Shown here piece after piece: positions 10,060 through 19,751 of a stretch of 64,000 nucleotides of DNA; position 1 is the first letter of the stretch; the number at the start of each line of letters is the position of its first letter. The stretch is taken from the NCBI GenBank assembly GCA_963769025.1, contig CAVYKI010000010.1, positions 160,001-224,000 on the forward strand, in the 5' to 3' direction. This DNA comes from an uncultured Verrucomicrobiae bacterium. GTDB lineage: Bacteria; Verrucomicrobiota; Verrucomicrobiia; Chthoniobacterales; Chthoniobacteraceae. Made by a program: the position numbers and the translations under genes. Below the pieces are notes generated by a model. It saw nothing but the letters and a program-made list of their open reading frames with translations. It searched no databases and was not told the DNA's origin.

Positions 10060-11469
10060 TCATGCCAGGATCTCTTTCACAACATGCCCATAGACATCCG
10101 TGAGTCGGAAATCGCGCCCGGCGTAGCGGTAGGTGAGTTTCTCGTGGTCGAGCCCGAGCGCGTGCAGGATGGTCGCGTGCAGGTCGTGCATGTGGACCTT
10201 GTCCACGACGGCGTGGTGGCCGAACTCATCGGTCTCGCCGTACGTGATGCCGCGCTTGAAGCCGCCGCCTGCGAGCCAGACGGAGAATCCCGCCGGATTG
10301 TGATCGCGACCCGTGCCGTTCTTCTCGGCATACGGCGTGCGGCCAAATTCGCCGCCCCACCACACGATCGTGTCGTCCAGCAGGCCGCGCTGCTTGAGGT
10401 CTTCGAGCAGTCCGGCGACCGGCTTGTCCACGGCCTTCGCGTGGTCGCCGTGCTTCTTCAGATTCGAGTGCTGATCCCACGCGGGGTTGTTGGAATTGTC
10501 CGCGTAATTGACCTGGATGAAGCGCACGCCCGCCTCCGACATGCGCCGCGCGAGCAGGCATTGGCGGCCGAAGTTGTCCGTTGCCGCCTCGCCGATGCCG
10601 TAAAGCGCGAGCGTCTCGGGCGATTCGCCCTTCAGATCGAGCACCTCCGGCGCCGCTCCCTGCATGCGCCACGCCAGTTCGTAGCTGTTCACCACGGCCT
10701 CGAGTTCGCTCTCGCCGGGCTTTTGGGCGAGTTGCTCGGCATTGATTTCACGCAGCAGGTCGAACTGCCGCTTCACCTCGTCCGGCGTCCGCGGCGGCTG
10801 GAGATTGCGGATGCTCGACTCCTTTGCCGGGATGCCCGCGCGCCCGATCGCCGTGCCCTGATAGACCGCGGGGAGAAATGCGTTGCCGTAATTGCGCGGC
10901 CCGCCGTTCCCGAGCGCCGGCGCGAGCGAGATGAAGCCGGGCAGGTTTTCGTTCTCGGTGCCGAGTCCGTAGTTCACCCACGAGCCCATCGACGGGCGGA
11001 TGAAATTCGTCGACCCCGTGTGCAGGAAAAGGGTTGCCGGTCCGTGGGCGATGCCCTCGGTGTGCATCGAGCGGAGCACGCAAAGATCGTCCGCGTGCTT
11101 CGCCATCTCCGGGAAAAGGTCGGAGGCCCACAGGCCGCTCTGCCCGTGCTGCCCGAAATTCCACAGCGGCTTCATCACGCGCATCTGCGGGCTCTTGCCG
11201 GTCTTCGCGAGGCTGCGCAGGTCGGCAAAGTCCATCATCTTCCCGTCGTCCTGATCGAGCCGCGGCTTGTAGTCGAACGAATCCACGTGGCTCACGCCGC
11301 CCGACATGAAGAGGAAGATGATGCGCTTCGCACGCGCAGGGAGATGCACGGGCTTTGGCGCGAGCGGATTCACCGCGGCGCGGGCCGCGAGGTCCGCGAG
11401 GGCGAGATATCCAAAGCCGCATCCGAGGGTGCGGAGGGCATTGCGGCGGGTAAAATGGAGAGGGTTCAT
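10060..11469 (-). CDS. DUF1501 family protein (Tat-exported)
   Basis: TRRNAL Tat motif; AKRIIFLFMSGGVSHVDSFDYKP; FGRQCLLARR; GEFGRTP; GRDHNP; RLTDVYG. Confidence 0.92.
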   Translation of the reverse strand: MNPLHFTRRNALRTLGCGFGYLALADLAARAAVNPLAPKPVHLPARAKRIIFLFMSGGVSHVDSFDYKPRLDQDDGKMMDFADLRSLAKTGKSPQMRVMKPLWNFGQHGQSGLWASDLFPEMAKHADDLCVLRSMHTEGIAHGPATLFLHTGSTNFIRPSMGSWVNYGLGTENENLPGFISLAPALGNGGPRNYGNAFLPAVYQGTAIGRAGIPAKESSIRNLQPPRTPDEVKRQFDLLREINAEQLAQKPGESELEAVVNSYELAWRMQGAAPEVLDLKGESPETLALYGIGEAATDNFGRQCLLARRMSEAGVRFIQVNYADNSNNPAWDQHSNLKKHGDHAKAVDKPVAGLLEDLKQRGLLDDTIVWWGGEFGRTPYAEKNGTGRDHNPAGFSVWLAGGGFKRGITYGETDEFGHHAVVDKVHMHDLHATILHALGLDHEKLTYRYAGRDFRLTDVYGHVVKEILA

Positions 11470-11478
11470 GGCGGGTAA

Positions 11479-14340
11479 TCAGTCAATGTATCTGAAGTCC
11501 ACGCTGGCGAACAGCGTCTGGTGCAGTTGCGCCCAGGTTTCAAGGGAAGGCTCGGCGCCGAGGAAGCGCACACACTTCGCACGCTCTCCCGAGGTCGGCC
11601 CGCGGCCCAGCGTGCGGCGGAAAATCGCGTCGAGGCGCTCCGCTTCCGGCAGCTCGAGCGTGCGCGCGGCAGCGGCGCGCGAATTCTCGATGACGAACGG
11701 ATGATTCAGAAGGAAAAGCGCCTGCGGGGCGACGGTGCTCGTGCCGCGCTGGCTGATGGAGGCATTGATGTCGCCAAAGTCGAACACCTCAAAAAGCTCC
11801 AGCCGCTTGTTGCGAAACGCCGGCGTGTAAACGCTCCGCCGCGTGTCCTTGTACACGTAGCCGTATTCGATGTTCTGCGCGCTGAAGTTGTTCGCGTCGA
11901 TGTCGCCGGCGCCGGCGATGTTCGACCCGAGGTAATCGGTCTTCAGTTCGCCGCTCACGGCGAGGATCGTGTCACGGATCTGCTCCGCATCGAGCCTCCG
12001 GCGGTTTGCGTGACCGAAGAGCCGGTTCTCCGGGTCCGAGCCGCCGGGTTTCGCCACGGCGAGCTGCCACGTCCGCGAAAGCAGGATCTCGCGCACGAGG
12101 CGCTTCAGGCTCCAGCCTTCCTCGGTGAATCGAATCGCGAGGTGGTCGAGCAGTTCCGGATGCGACGGCTTTTCGCCCGTGGTGCCGAGATTCTCGACCG
12201 TGCGCACGATTCCCGTGCCGAACAGCCAGGCCCACACGCGGTTCACCAGCACGCGCGAGGTCAGCGGATTTTCCGCGCTGGCGATCCAGTCCGCGAGTTC
12301 GCGCCTGCCGCTCTCGGCGGCCGGCAGCGGGGACAGTGGCTTTTGCAGCGCCACTTGCAGGAATCCGCGGGGAACCGTCTCGCCGCGCTGCTTTTCGATT
12401 CCGCGCACGCGGATCTGGGCGTCTGCGATTTGGTCATCCTCGCGAACCGCCATCACCATCGGGCGCGGAGGGCCTTCCTTTGCGAGCTTCTTCATGTCGC
12501 CCTCCAGCTTCTTCACGAGCTTCGCCGCTGCCTCGCGGGCGGGATTCGCCTTGCCCGCGTTTGCCACCGGGGCCGCTGCCTCGTCCTCGGCGAGCAATTG
12601 CAGGGCATCCACGGTCACGTGACCCTTCGTTCCCTCGGTGGAGACGAGCACGTAGCCCGCACCGTCCTTTTCAAAACGAAACTTCCCGAGCGAAACGAAG
12701 CGACCGTCGATCGGCGGCGGCTCCTTCTGGTCCACGTACACGTTGTCCTCGCCATCGGCGTGGAAGACGGTCACGCGCACGTTGTTCGCACGGTTTGAAG
12801 AGTGCGTGTAGGCGAGGCGCACCTCGTAACGACCCATCTTCGGCAGCATCGGAGTGAAGGTGACCGTCTTTTCGCCCTTCCCGGTGTTGTCGTCGGTGAG
12901 GTAGCCGTCGCCGATGAAACTGCGCACGCTCTTCGACTGCCTCCATGCTCCGACGATCTTCGCATCCGCGTCGTCGAGCACGATGCCCGGCAGGTCGCCC
13001 GGCGAGATGGCCACTCCGGGCTTCAGCGTTTCCTCGGCGACGCCCTTCGAAAGTTTCGCAAGCTCGGCCTTTGCGGACTCCACCTGCTTTTCCAGCGCCG
13101 CGGTCTTCGCCTCGTGGGCGCGGAGGACCAGTTCATCGGCCCCCTCGCCGGGGAGCGGCACCGTCTGCCAGCGCGCGACGTTGTCGGTGTAATTGAAGAG
13201 CGTCCGCGTGCTGGCGAGGATGCCGGCGAGCGCGTAGTAATCGCGCTGCGGGATCGGGTCGAATTTGTGATCGTGGCAGCGCGCGCACCCGATCGTCTGC
13301 CCGAGAAAGGCCCGGCCGATCGTGTCCAGTTGCTCGTCGATGATGTCAAAGCGGAGCTGCTGCTTCTGCTGCTCCTCGTAATTCGTCGGGCCGAGCGCGA
13401 GGAATGCCGTCGCCGCAAGATTCCGCCGCCGCTCAGCGGGCGATGCGGCCGGCAGGATGTCACCCGCGATCTGTTCGCGGATGAAGCGGTCGAGCGGAAC
13501 GTCGGCATTCACCGACTCGATCACGTAATCGCGGTAGCGCCATGCGTCCTTGAAAAGGAGGGTGCGCCCGCCGCCGCTCGACTCGGCAAAGCGCGCCACA
13601 TCCAGCCAGTGCCGCCCCCACGTCTCGCCGAATTGCCTGCTGGCGAGCAGCCCATCCACGAGCGACTCCACCGCGGACTGCGGGCTCTTTTTCCAAGACG
13701 GCCCGAATGTCTCCATCTGCTCCAGCGTCGGCGGCAGTCCGATCAAATTGTAAGTGATGCGACGCAACAGCGCGTCGGGCGCGGCGTCAGGGGCGGGGCG
13801 CATGCCTTTTTCCTCCAGTTTCGCGAGAATGAATCGGTCGATGTCGCCCCTGGGCCACGCGGCGTCCTTCACCCTTGGCGGCGGCGATTTTTTCGGCGGG
13901 ATGTAGGACCAGAATTTTTTCCCGTCCTCGATGCTCATGCCGGTCTGTTTCGTCGCCACCTCGCCGCCGGTGCGCGGATCGGGCGCGCCCATCTTCACCC
14001 ATTGCTCGAAAATCGCGATTTCCTCCGCGGGCAGCTTGCGCTTCTCGGGCATCTGCAGGTCGGTGTTCGTGTAGCGGATCGCCTCGATGAGCAGGCTCTT
14101 GTCCGGCTCGCCAGGCACGATCGCACGGCCCGCGTCGCCTCCGTTCATCCACCCCTCGCGGGTATCGAGTCGCAGGCCGCCTTTCACCTTCTTTTCGGGA
14201 CTGTGACATTCGAGGCAGCGCTCCGCGAGCAGCGGTCGGACTTTCTTCTCGAAAAAGTCCACGCCGGCATCCGCGGCGAGCACCGGAGCCGAGCCGACGA
14301 ACGCCGTGGCGAGCATGCAGATATGGGAGCGGGAAAACAT
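11479..14340 (-). CDS. Planctomycete cytochrome c + DUF1549 + DUF1553 protein with an inserted golvesin/xanthan-lyase-like beta domain
   Basis: CLECH heme motif; WGRHWLDVARFAES; CARCHDHKFDP; PSHPELLD.LA; RRLDAEQIRD; insert at about 12595-12990. Confidence 0.9.
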   Translation of the reverse strand: MFSRSHICMLATAFVGSAPVLAADAGVDFFEKKVRPLLAERCLECHSPEKKVKGGLRLDTREGWMNGGDAGRAIVPGEPDKSLLIEAIRYTNTDLQMPEKRKLPAEEIAIFEQWVKMGAPDPRTGGEVATKQTGMSIEDGKKFWSYIPPKKSPPPRVKDAAWPRGDIDRFILAKLEEKGMRPAPDAAPDALLRRITYNLIGLPPTLEQMETFGPSWKKSPQSAVESLVDGLLASRQFGETWGRHWLDVARFAESSGGGRTLLFKDAWRYRDYVIESVNADVPLDRFIREQIAGDILPAASPAERRRNLAATAFLALGPTNYEEQQKQQLRFDIIDEQLDTIGRAFLGQTIGCARCHDHKFDPIPQRDYYALAGILASTRTLFNYTDNVARWQTVPLPGEGADELVLRAHEAKTAALEKQVESAKAELAKLSKGVAEETLKPGVAISPGDLPGIVLDDADAKIVGAWRQSKSVRSFIGDGYLTDDNTGKGEKTVTFTPMLPKMGRYEVRLAYTHSSNRANNVRVTVFHADGEDNVYVDQKEPPPIDGRFVSLGKFRFEKDGAGYVLVSTEGTKGHVTVDALQLLAEDEAAAPVANAGKANPAREAAAKLVKKLEGDMKKLAKEGPPRPMVMAVREDDQIADAQIRVRGIEKQRGETVPRGFLQVALQKPLSPLPAAESGRRELADWIASAENPLTSRVLVNRVWAWLFGTGIVRTVENLGTTGEKPSHPELLDHLAIRFTEEGWSLKRLVREILLSRTWQLAVAKPGGSDPENRLFGHANRRRLDAEQIRDTILAVSGELKTDYLGSNIAGAGDIDANNFSAQNIEYGYVYKDTRRSVYTPAFRNKRLELFEVFDFGDINASISQRGTSTVAPQALFLLNHPFVIENSRAAAARTLELPEAERLDAIFRRTLGRGPTSGERAKCVRFLGAEPSLETWAQLHQTLFASVDFRYID

Positions 14341-14398
14341 CAGGGGTTTGACCGGTGCAGGGAAGCAACCTTAGACGCACCTTCGCGCTGGCGCGCCA

Positions 14399-15139
14399 TC
14401 AAAAATTGAGGCACCCGATCAGCCTCAGTCCTTCGAGCGTCAGGTTTTCATGCACAGTCGCGATTTCCGGCACGCCGCAGGCGATCAGGCTCGCGTATCC
14501 GCCGGTGGCGACGGCCTTCAGTTTCCGGACTCCGAGCGCCGGGCGGATCTCGGCGAGGATCTGCCGCACGAGGCCTCGGTAGCCGTAGATGGCGCCTGCA
14601 AGCATCGCGTGCCGCGTGGATTTTCCAACCGGCCCCGGCGGTTCGAGCAGCGAGATTTTCGGGAGCTGCGCGGTGCGCTGGTGCAGGTAGTCCGTCATCG
14701 CCTCCAGACCCGGGGCGATGACTCCCCCGATGTATTTCCGCCCACGCGAGAGGATGTCGAAGGTGACCGCGGTGCCGAAGTCCACCACGACGCACGGCAC
14801 GCCGTAAAATGAGGCGGCGGCCGCTGCATTCGCAAGCCGGTCCGCGCCGATGGTCTTCGGTTTCGGGTACTCAATGCCGACGCCGAGGTTGCTGCGATGA
14901 TCCACGTTGTGCAGCGGCTTCCCGCTGAGCTCATCGCGGAGCAATGCCCCCATTTTCGGGACGACCGAGCAGATGACGCCCCTCTCGAATTTCCACCCGC
15001 GCAACACGCGCCGGATCGCGGCGGGGTCCAGTTCCGCAGTCCGCACGCGCCTCACGGCGCCGAGGCGATCCCGCGAGGACAGTGCGAATTTCGTGAACGA
15101 GTTGCTGTTGTCGATGAGGAGAAACTCCGCGGACGGCAT
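14399..15139 (-). CDS. coaX: Type III pantothenate kinase
   Basis: LLIDNSNSFTK, IGADR, VVDFGTAVTFD, GGVIAPG, ATGG, LTLEGL. Confidence 0.93.
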   Translation of the reverse strand: MPSAEFLLIDNSNSFTKFALSSRDRLGAVRRVRTAELDPAAIRRVLRGWKFERGVICSVVPKMGALLRDELSGKPLHNVDHRSNLGVGIEYPKPKTIGADRLANAAAAASFYGVPCVVVDFGTAVTFDILSRGRKYIGGVIAPGLEAMTDYLHQRTAQLPKISLLEPPGPVGKSTRHAMLAGAIYGYRGLVRQILAEIRPALGVRKLKAVATGGYASLIACGVPEIATVHENLTLEGLRLIGCLNF

Positions 15140-15213
15140 CTTCACAGTGGAGAGTGCGCGCCGCGCTTTGTCACGCGTGGCGACGCGGCGGCGGTTCCGC
15201 GCATCCCGCAAGC

Positions 15214-15258
15214 AAAGAAAAACCCCGTGGCTTCAATGCGAAGCCAGCGGGGTTTTTC
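15214..15258 (-). terminator. Intrinsic terminator after tsf
   Basis: GAAAAACCCCG...CGGGGTTTTTC inverted repeat flanked by A/T tracts, about 25 nt past the tsf stop. Confidence 0.75.
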
Positions 15259-15283
15259 GTTGCGCTCAGGAAGACCTGAAAGC

Positions 15284-16135
15284 CTAGCCGGCGATTTCCT
15301 CGCCAACCTGGAAGCGGAGGAAACGGCGCACCTCGATGGTGTCGCCGAGGGCCTTCGCCTTGTCCGCCACGAGCTGCGTGATGGTCTGCTCGGGGTTCTT
15401 CACGAACGCCTGCTCGAGCAGGCACACGCCCGCGAAAAACTTGCTCATCTTGCCTTCGATGATCTTCTCGATGACGGGCGCGGGCTTGTCCTTCGGCGTC
15501 TGCTCGACGTAGATGGCTCGCTCGCGGGCGGCGAGGGCTTCGGAGACTTCCTCGCGGCGGATGCTCACGGGGCTGGCAGCGGCAATGTGAAGCGTGATGT
15601 CGCGCACGAGCTGCTTGAAGTCATCGTGGTTCACGGTCTCCTGCTTGCCGGCGCCCACTTCGAGGAGGACACCGATTTTTCCACCGAGGTGAATGTAAGC
15701 GGCGACGATCCCGTTGCCGGTCACCTCAATGCGCCCATGGCGGCGGATCTGGATGTTCTCGCCGATCTTGGTAACGGCGTCGATGCGCGCGGGCTCCAAG
15801 TCAGTGGCGGGATTTTCGGCGAGCGTCTTCGCCCATCCGGCTGTGAGCGCGAGGAAGTCGTCGTTCTTCGCGACGAAGTCGGTCTCGCAATTCACCTCGA
15901 CGAGGATGCCTGTGCGGGCGCCGGGGAGGATGGCCTGCGCGATGACGCCTTCGTTGGCGGCGCGTCCGGCTTTCTTCGCGGCGCTGGCGGTGCCTTTTTT
16001 GCGGAGGATGTCAATGGCTGCCTCGATGTCGCCGTTCGCTTCGACGAGCGCCTTGCGGCAATCGAGCATTCCGGCTCCGGATTTTTCGCGGAGGGCGGCG
16101 ACTTGCTTGGCATCGATTTTCACTTCTGTGGTCAT
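15284..16135 (-). CDS. tsf: Elongation factor Ts
   Basis: LREKSGAGMLDCRKAL, EVNCETDFVAKN, KIGENI, LLEQAFVK. Confidence 0.98.
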   Translation of the reverse strand: MTTEVKIDAKQVAALREKSGAGMLDCRKALVEANGDIEAAIDILRKKGTASAAKKAGRAANEGVIAQAILPGARTGILVEVNCETDFVAKNDDFLALTAGWAKTLAENPATDLEPARIDAVTKIGENIQIRRHGRIEVTGNGIVAAYIHLGGKIGVLLEVGAGKQETVNHDDFKQLVRDITLHIAAASPVSIRREEVSEALAARERAIYVEQTPKDKPAPVIEKIIEGKMSKFFAGVCLLEQAFVKNPEQTITQLVADKAKALGDTIEVRRFLRFQVGEEIAG

Positions 16136-16157
16136 GGGTCAGGGTATTTTTGGGTTG

Positions 16158-16195
16158 AAAAAGCGAGAGACGAGAGCGTTCACCCTCGTCTCTCG
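16158..16195 (-). terminator. Internal terminator/attenuator between rpsB and tsf
   Basis: 11-bp stem CGAGAGACGAG/CTCGTCTCTCG followed on the minus strand by CTTTTT. Confidence 0.6.
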
Positions 16196-16223
16196 GAAAT
16201 TGGAAACGGACGGCAGGCGCGAT

Positions 16224-16949
16224 TTACTCCGAAACGCCGGCGAGTTCAGCCTGGCCCTTCTTTGCTCCGGAAGCGTTCCCGCTCACATAGGCGTCCACCA
16301 GCTTCTGCAGGATCACGCGGATGGCGCGGATGGCGTCGTCATTCCCGGCGATCGGGTAGCTGATCAAATCGGGATCGGCGTTCGTGTCCACGATGGCGAC
16401 GACCGGGATTCCGAGACGTTTCGCTTCGGCGACAGCGTTGCCCTCGCGCATGGTGTCGATGATGATCATCGCGTCGGGCTGCTTCTCCATCGTGCGGATG
16501 CCCTCGAGGTTCCGCAGGAGCTTCGCGCCCTCGCGCTTGACGGCGGAAATCTCCGCCTTGCCCATCTTGGAATACTCCGGCGACTTCTCGAGGTTCTCGA
16601 TGTAGTTCAGCCGGGCGATGCTCTGGCGGATGGTCTTGAGATTGGTGAGCGTGCCGCCGAGCCAGCGCTGGTTCACGTAGAACTGGCCGGCCGCCTGGGC
16701 CGCCTCGCGGATGGCTTCCTGCGCCTGCTTCTTGCAGCCGACGAAAAGCACCTTGCCGTTCCGGGCCGCGACGCTCGCGAGGAACTCGCACGCACCGCGC
16801 AGCTGCCGCACGGTCTCCCCGAGGTTGATGATGTAAATCTGGTTTTTCTTCTCGAAAATGTAGGGCTTCATCTTGGGGTTCCAGCGTTTCGTCTGGTGGC
16901 CAAAATGAACGCCTGCTTCGAGGAGTTCTGTCATCAATTCGGTGGACAT
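16224..16949 (-). CDS. rpsB: 30S ribosomal protein S2
   Basis: LLEAGVHFGHQTKRWNPKM, RWLGGTLTN, VDTNADP, GNDDAIRAI. Confidence 0.98.
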   Translation of the reverse strand: MSTELMTELLEAGVHFGHQTKRWNPKMKPYIFEKKNQIYIINLGETVRQLRGACEFLASVAARNGKVLFVGCKKQAQEAIREAAQAAGQFYVNQRWLGGTLTNLKTIRQSIARLNYIENLEKSPEYSKMGKAEISAVKREGAKLLRNLEGIRTMEKQPDAMIIIDTMREGNAVAEAKRLGIPVVAIVDTNADPDLISYPIAGNDDAIRAIRVILQKLVDAYVSGNASGAKKGQAELAGVSE

Positions 16950-16983
16950 AGGGTCGGTAGTGTTTTGCGGAAAAAGGGCGCGC

Positions 16984-17012
16984 AACTTGGCGAAGCCTCC
17001 TGCCTTTGGCAA
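16984..17012 (-). promoter_or_regulatory. Putative sigma70 promoter of rpsB-tsf
   Basis: TTGCCA-N17-CAAGTT followed by GC-rich discriminator GCGCGCCC. Confidence 0.55.
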
Positions 17013-17041
17013 GCGCGAGTTTGAAAAATATGATCCCGGAG

Positions 17042-17581
17042 CTACTTCGCGCCCTCCGTGCCCGCCGATCCGGAGGGTGGAGTGCCGAATTCCTGTTTCA
17101 GCCGCGCCCTCATTTCGCCGAGGAGCCGGCGGCGTTTTTCCTCCGATTCCCTGCGCAGGGTCTCCTCGATGGCGTGCCGCTCGTCGAAATAACGGCGGAC
17201 AAATGCCTTCCGGCGCTCCTCGTCGAGCTGAAGTCCGTTTTCCCCGATGGCGCGGTCGATCTCCTCGCGGGCGAACCGCCGGCGTTCCTCATCCATGCCC
17301 AGCAGCGTATCGCGCTTTTCGGGGGGCAGATTCAGCACCGCCCAGACGGCTCGCCAGAGATCCGCGCGTTTTTCAGGGGAAAGCTTCTGGACCTCGCGCA
17401 TCGCCCGATCCCGCATTGCATCGCCCTCGGGACCACCGTGAAAAAAGGGCCGCCGCGGTCCATCGGGCCTTGGACCCTGCCCGGGTGGAGGCGGCGGTGG
17501 CGGCTGTGCCGCTGCCACTGCCGTGAGCCAGCCTGCGCCGATGGCGGTCAGTAAAGTGAAGAGGCGTCGCCGGCCAGCCAT
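17042..17581 (-). CDS. Exported helical hypothetical protein (Spy/DUF3106-like)
   Basis: Signal peptide, Pro-rich segment, repeated LSPEKR/LPPEKR/LDEERR helical units. Confidence 0.6.
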   Translation of the reverse strand: MAGRRRLFTLLTAIGAGWLTAVAAAQPPPPPPPGQGPRPDGPRRPFFHGGPEGDAMRDRAMREVQKLSPEKRADLWRAVWAVLNLPPEKRDTLLGMDEERRRFAREEIDRAIGENGLQLDEERRKAFVRRYFDERHAIEETLRRESEEKRRRLLGEMRARLKQEFGTPPSGSAGTEGAK

Positions 17582-17919
17582 ATTGAATTGTTTTCCAACG
17601 CTAGAAGCGTGTCGAGGGAGGGGACGATCTCGGGCGTCGCCGCAGCTGCGAGCGCGATTTCCGCCAGCGGGTCAGCCGCTTGGACGGTTGTCGCGTCAGG
17701 ACGCATCGCAACAAACGCGAGCAACGCAGCGCAGGTGCCGGCCGTGACAGGCAGATACCACTTGCTGCGCAGCCACGCGACGAACCCCGGCTGCGGCAGC
17801 GCGGCATCCTGAGCCTCGCGGACCGCGCGCACCACTTTGCTTGCAAAGAATGCAGACGGCTTCGGCTGCCGGGCTTTTCCCAGCAGCTTCCAAAGTGCGT
17901 CATGTTCGTCCTGATTCAT
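17548..17919 (-). CDS. Anti-sigma-like single-pass membrane protein
   Basis: DALWKLLGKA...PSAFFASKVVRAV N-terminus, one TM helix, acidic C-terminus. Confidence 0.55.
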   Translation of the reverse strand: MNQDEHDALWKLLGKARQPKPSAFFASKVVRAVREAQDAALPQPGFVAWLRSKWYLPVTAGTCAALLAFVAMRPDATTVQAADPLAEIALAAAATPEIVPSLDTLLALENNSIWLAGDASSLY

Positions 17920-18101
17920 TGTTTGATGAAAACCGTGATTGGCCGGGAAAGTTGCAAAGTAATCTCCGTGCCGCCAGCACAGAATCCAGTGGCGCGCAGA
18001 AATGGGCCGCGGTCCTTCCTGCACCCGGCCTTTGCCGGATTGCGGTGTTGCGTGAGCCGCCGCTTTTCGGCTTCAACAGGACCACAGCGCGAAATTTTCC
18101 C

Positions 18102-18986
18102 ATGAGCCATCCCACCAAAGCCATCATCCTCGCCGGCGGCGCCGGCACCCGCCTGCATCCGCTCACGCGCATCGCCTGCAAGCAGCTTCTGCCGGTGTAC
18201 GACAAGCCGATGATCTACTACCCGCTGGCAACGCTGATGCTCGGCGGGCTGCGCGAGGTGCTTTTCATCTCCACGCCGAAGGATCTGCCGATGTTCCGCG
18301 ACCTCATGGGCGACGGCAAACGCCTGGGGATGCGCTTCGAGTATGTCGAGCAGCCGAAGCCGGCCGGCCTTGCGCAGGCGTACGTCCTCGGGGCGGATTT
18401 CGTCGGCAGCCATCCGTCGTGCCTCATCCTCGGCGACAACATTTTCTACGGGAAGTTGGACTTCTTCCGCGATGCGCTCGCGCAAGTGGGCGAAAAAGGC
18501 GGTGCGTGCGTCTTCGGCTACCAGGTGAAGGATCCGGAGCGCTACGGCGTCGTCGAATTCGACAAGGATGGGCGCGCGCTGAGCATCGAGGAAAAGCCGA
18601 AGCAACCGAAGAGCCATTTTGCCGTCCCGGGACTCTACGTTTACGATGGCGACGTGGTGGAAATCGCGCGCAACCTGATGCCCGGCGCGCGCGGCGAACT
18701 CGAAATCACCGACGTCAACCGCGAATATCTCCGCCGCGGCACGCTGGGCGTGAAGGTGCTCGGCCGCGGCATGGCGTGGCTCGACACCGGGACCCAGGAA
18801 AGCCTGCTCGACGCCGGCAACTACATCGCCGCGATCGAGCATCGCCAGGGTCTGAAGATCGCGTGCCTCGAGGAAATCGCGTTCCATCAGGGCTTCATCG
18901 ATCGCGCCGGGATGGAGGCCTGCATCGCCGATTCACCGAAGAGCCCGTACCGCGATTACCTGGAGATGGTGCTGAAGGAAGCGTGA
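18102..18986 (+). CDS. rfbA: Glucose-1-phosphate thymidylyltransferase
   Basis: IILAGGAGTRLHP, KQLLPVYDKPMIYYPL, RGELEITD, WLDTGT. Confidence 0.96.
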   Translation: MSHPTKAIILAGGAGTRLHPLTRIACKQLLPVYDKPMIYYPLATLMLGGLREVLFISTPKDLPMFRDLMGDGKRLGMRFEYVEQPKPAGLAQAYVLGADFVGSHPSCLILGDNIFYGKLDFFRDALAQVGEKGGACVFGYQVKDPERYGVVEFDKDGRALSIEEKPKQPKSHFAVPGLYVYDGDVVEIARNLMPGARGELEITDVNREYLRRGTLGVKVLGRGMAWLDTGTQESLLDAGNYIAAIEHRQGLKIACLEEIAFHQGFIDRAGMEACIADSPKSPYRDYLEMVLKEA

Positions 18987-19055
18987 CAGCCCGCCCGCGA
19001 GCCCGCGGGATGAAGCGAACTCTGTCGACTCGTTTGAAAACACGGGGCAGCGGCG

Positions 19056-19751
19056 CTAGCTCTCGCGCCGGTCCTTGAGCTGGAGGATGCGCTCCTTTTT
19101 CCCAGCGTAGTCGAGCGAGTGAAAGATGCGGATCTCGTCCACGCGTCGCGCTGCATTGAGCGCATCGAGAAGGTGCGTGTATTGCGCGGCGAGTTCGGTC
19201 GTCTCAAGATAGCGCCCGCGGAGGTTCGGATCGGAAAAGGCGTCCGGGTTTTCGCGCTGGAAAAGGTGGAAGCGCAGCCAGCGGCGATCCGTCCGGGAGA
19301 CGCGCTGCGTCTTCCGGAAAAACGCGACGAAAAGGAGCAGCACGAGGTACGTATCCACCCGCGCCTGGAGTTCGAGATTCCGCGCAAAATCCTCGGTCGT
19401 GATATCGCGCTCGCCGCGCTTGAAGGCGAGCGCCGCGTGCAGCGCGTGGTCGATCTCCTCCACGAATGCGATGACGTGGCCGATGTTCGAGTCCGTGAGC
19501 CCGCGGCGCGGGTCGTGGTGTTCGAGCCGCTCAATGAGCCATTTCGAATAATAGATGCCGATGAAAAGATTGTCGCCGCTGTGCCGGAGGAAGGTGCGCG
19601 CGATTTCGCTCAGTTCCCGGGCCTGCGCCCCGGCGAGCCGTGTGAGCTGCCCGCAACGCTCGTGGCCGATGAGGCAGTCCTCCAGCGCCACGCCGCTGGC
19701 GGCGTAGGTGCGCTCGAGGAGGCGCGCGATGTCGGTGAAAAGCGTGTTCAC
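19056..19751 (-). CDS. Conserved hypothetical protein with EExxH...ELQA zincin-like signature
   Basis: GTG start overlapping the upstream TGA (GTGA); FVEEIDH and NLELQARVDTY motifs. Confidence 0.7.
   Translation of the reverse strand: MNTLFTDIARLLERTYAASGVALEDCLIGHERCGQLTRLAGAQARELSEIARTFLRHSGDNLFIGIYYSKWLIERLEHHDPRRGLTDSNIGHVIAFVEEIDHALHAALAFKRGERDITTEDFARNLELQARVDTYLVLLLFVAFFRKTQRVSRTDRRWLRFHLFQRENPDAFSDPNLRGRYLETTELAAQYTHLLDALNAARRVDEIRIFHSLDYAGKKERILQLKDRRES

Noticed and set aside
18102..18986. O-antigen/rhamnose biosynthesis cluster
   Set aside because: rfbA is alone; no rfbB/C/D or glycosyltransferases nearby
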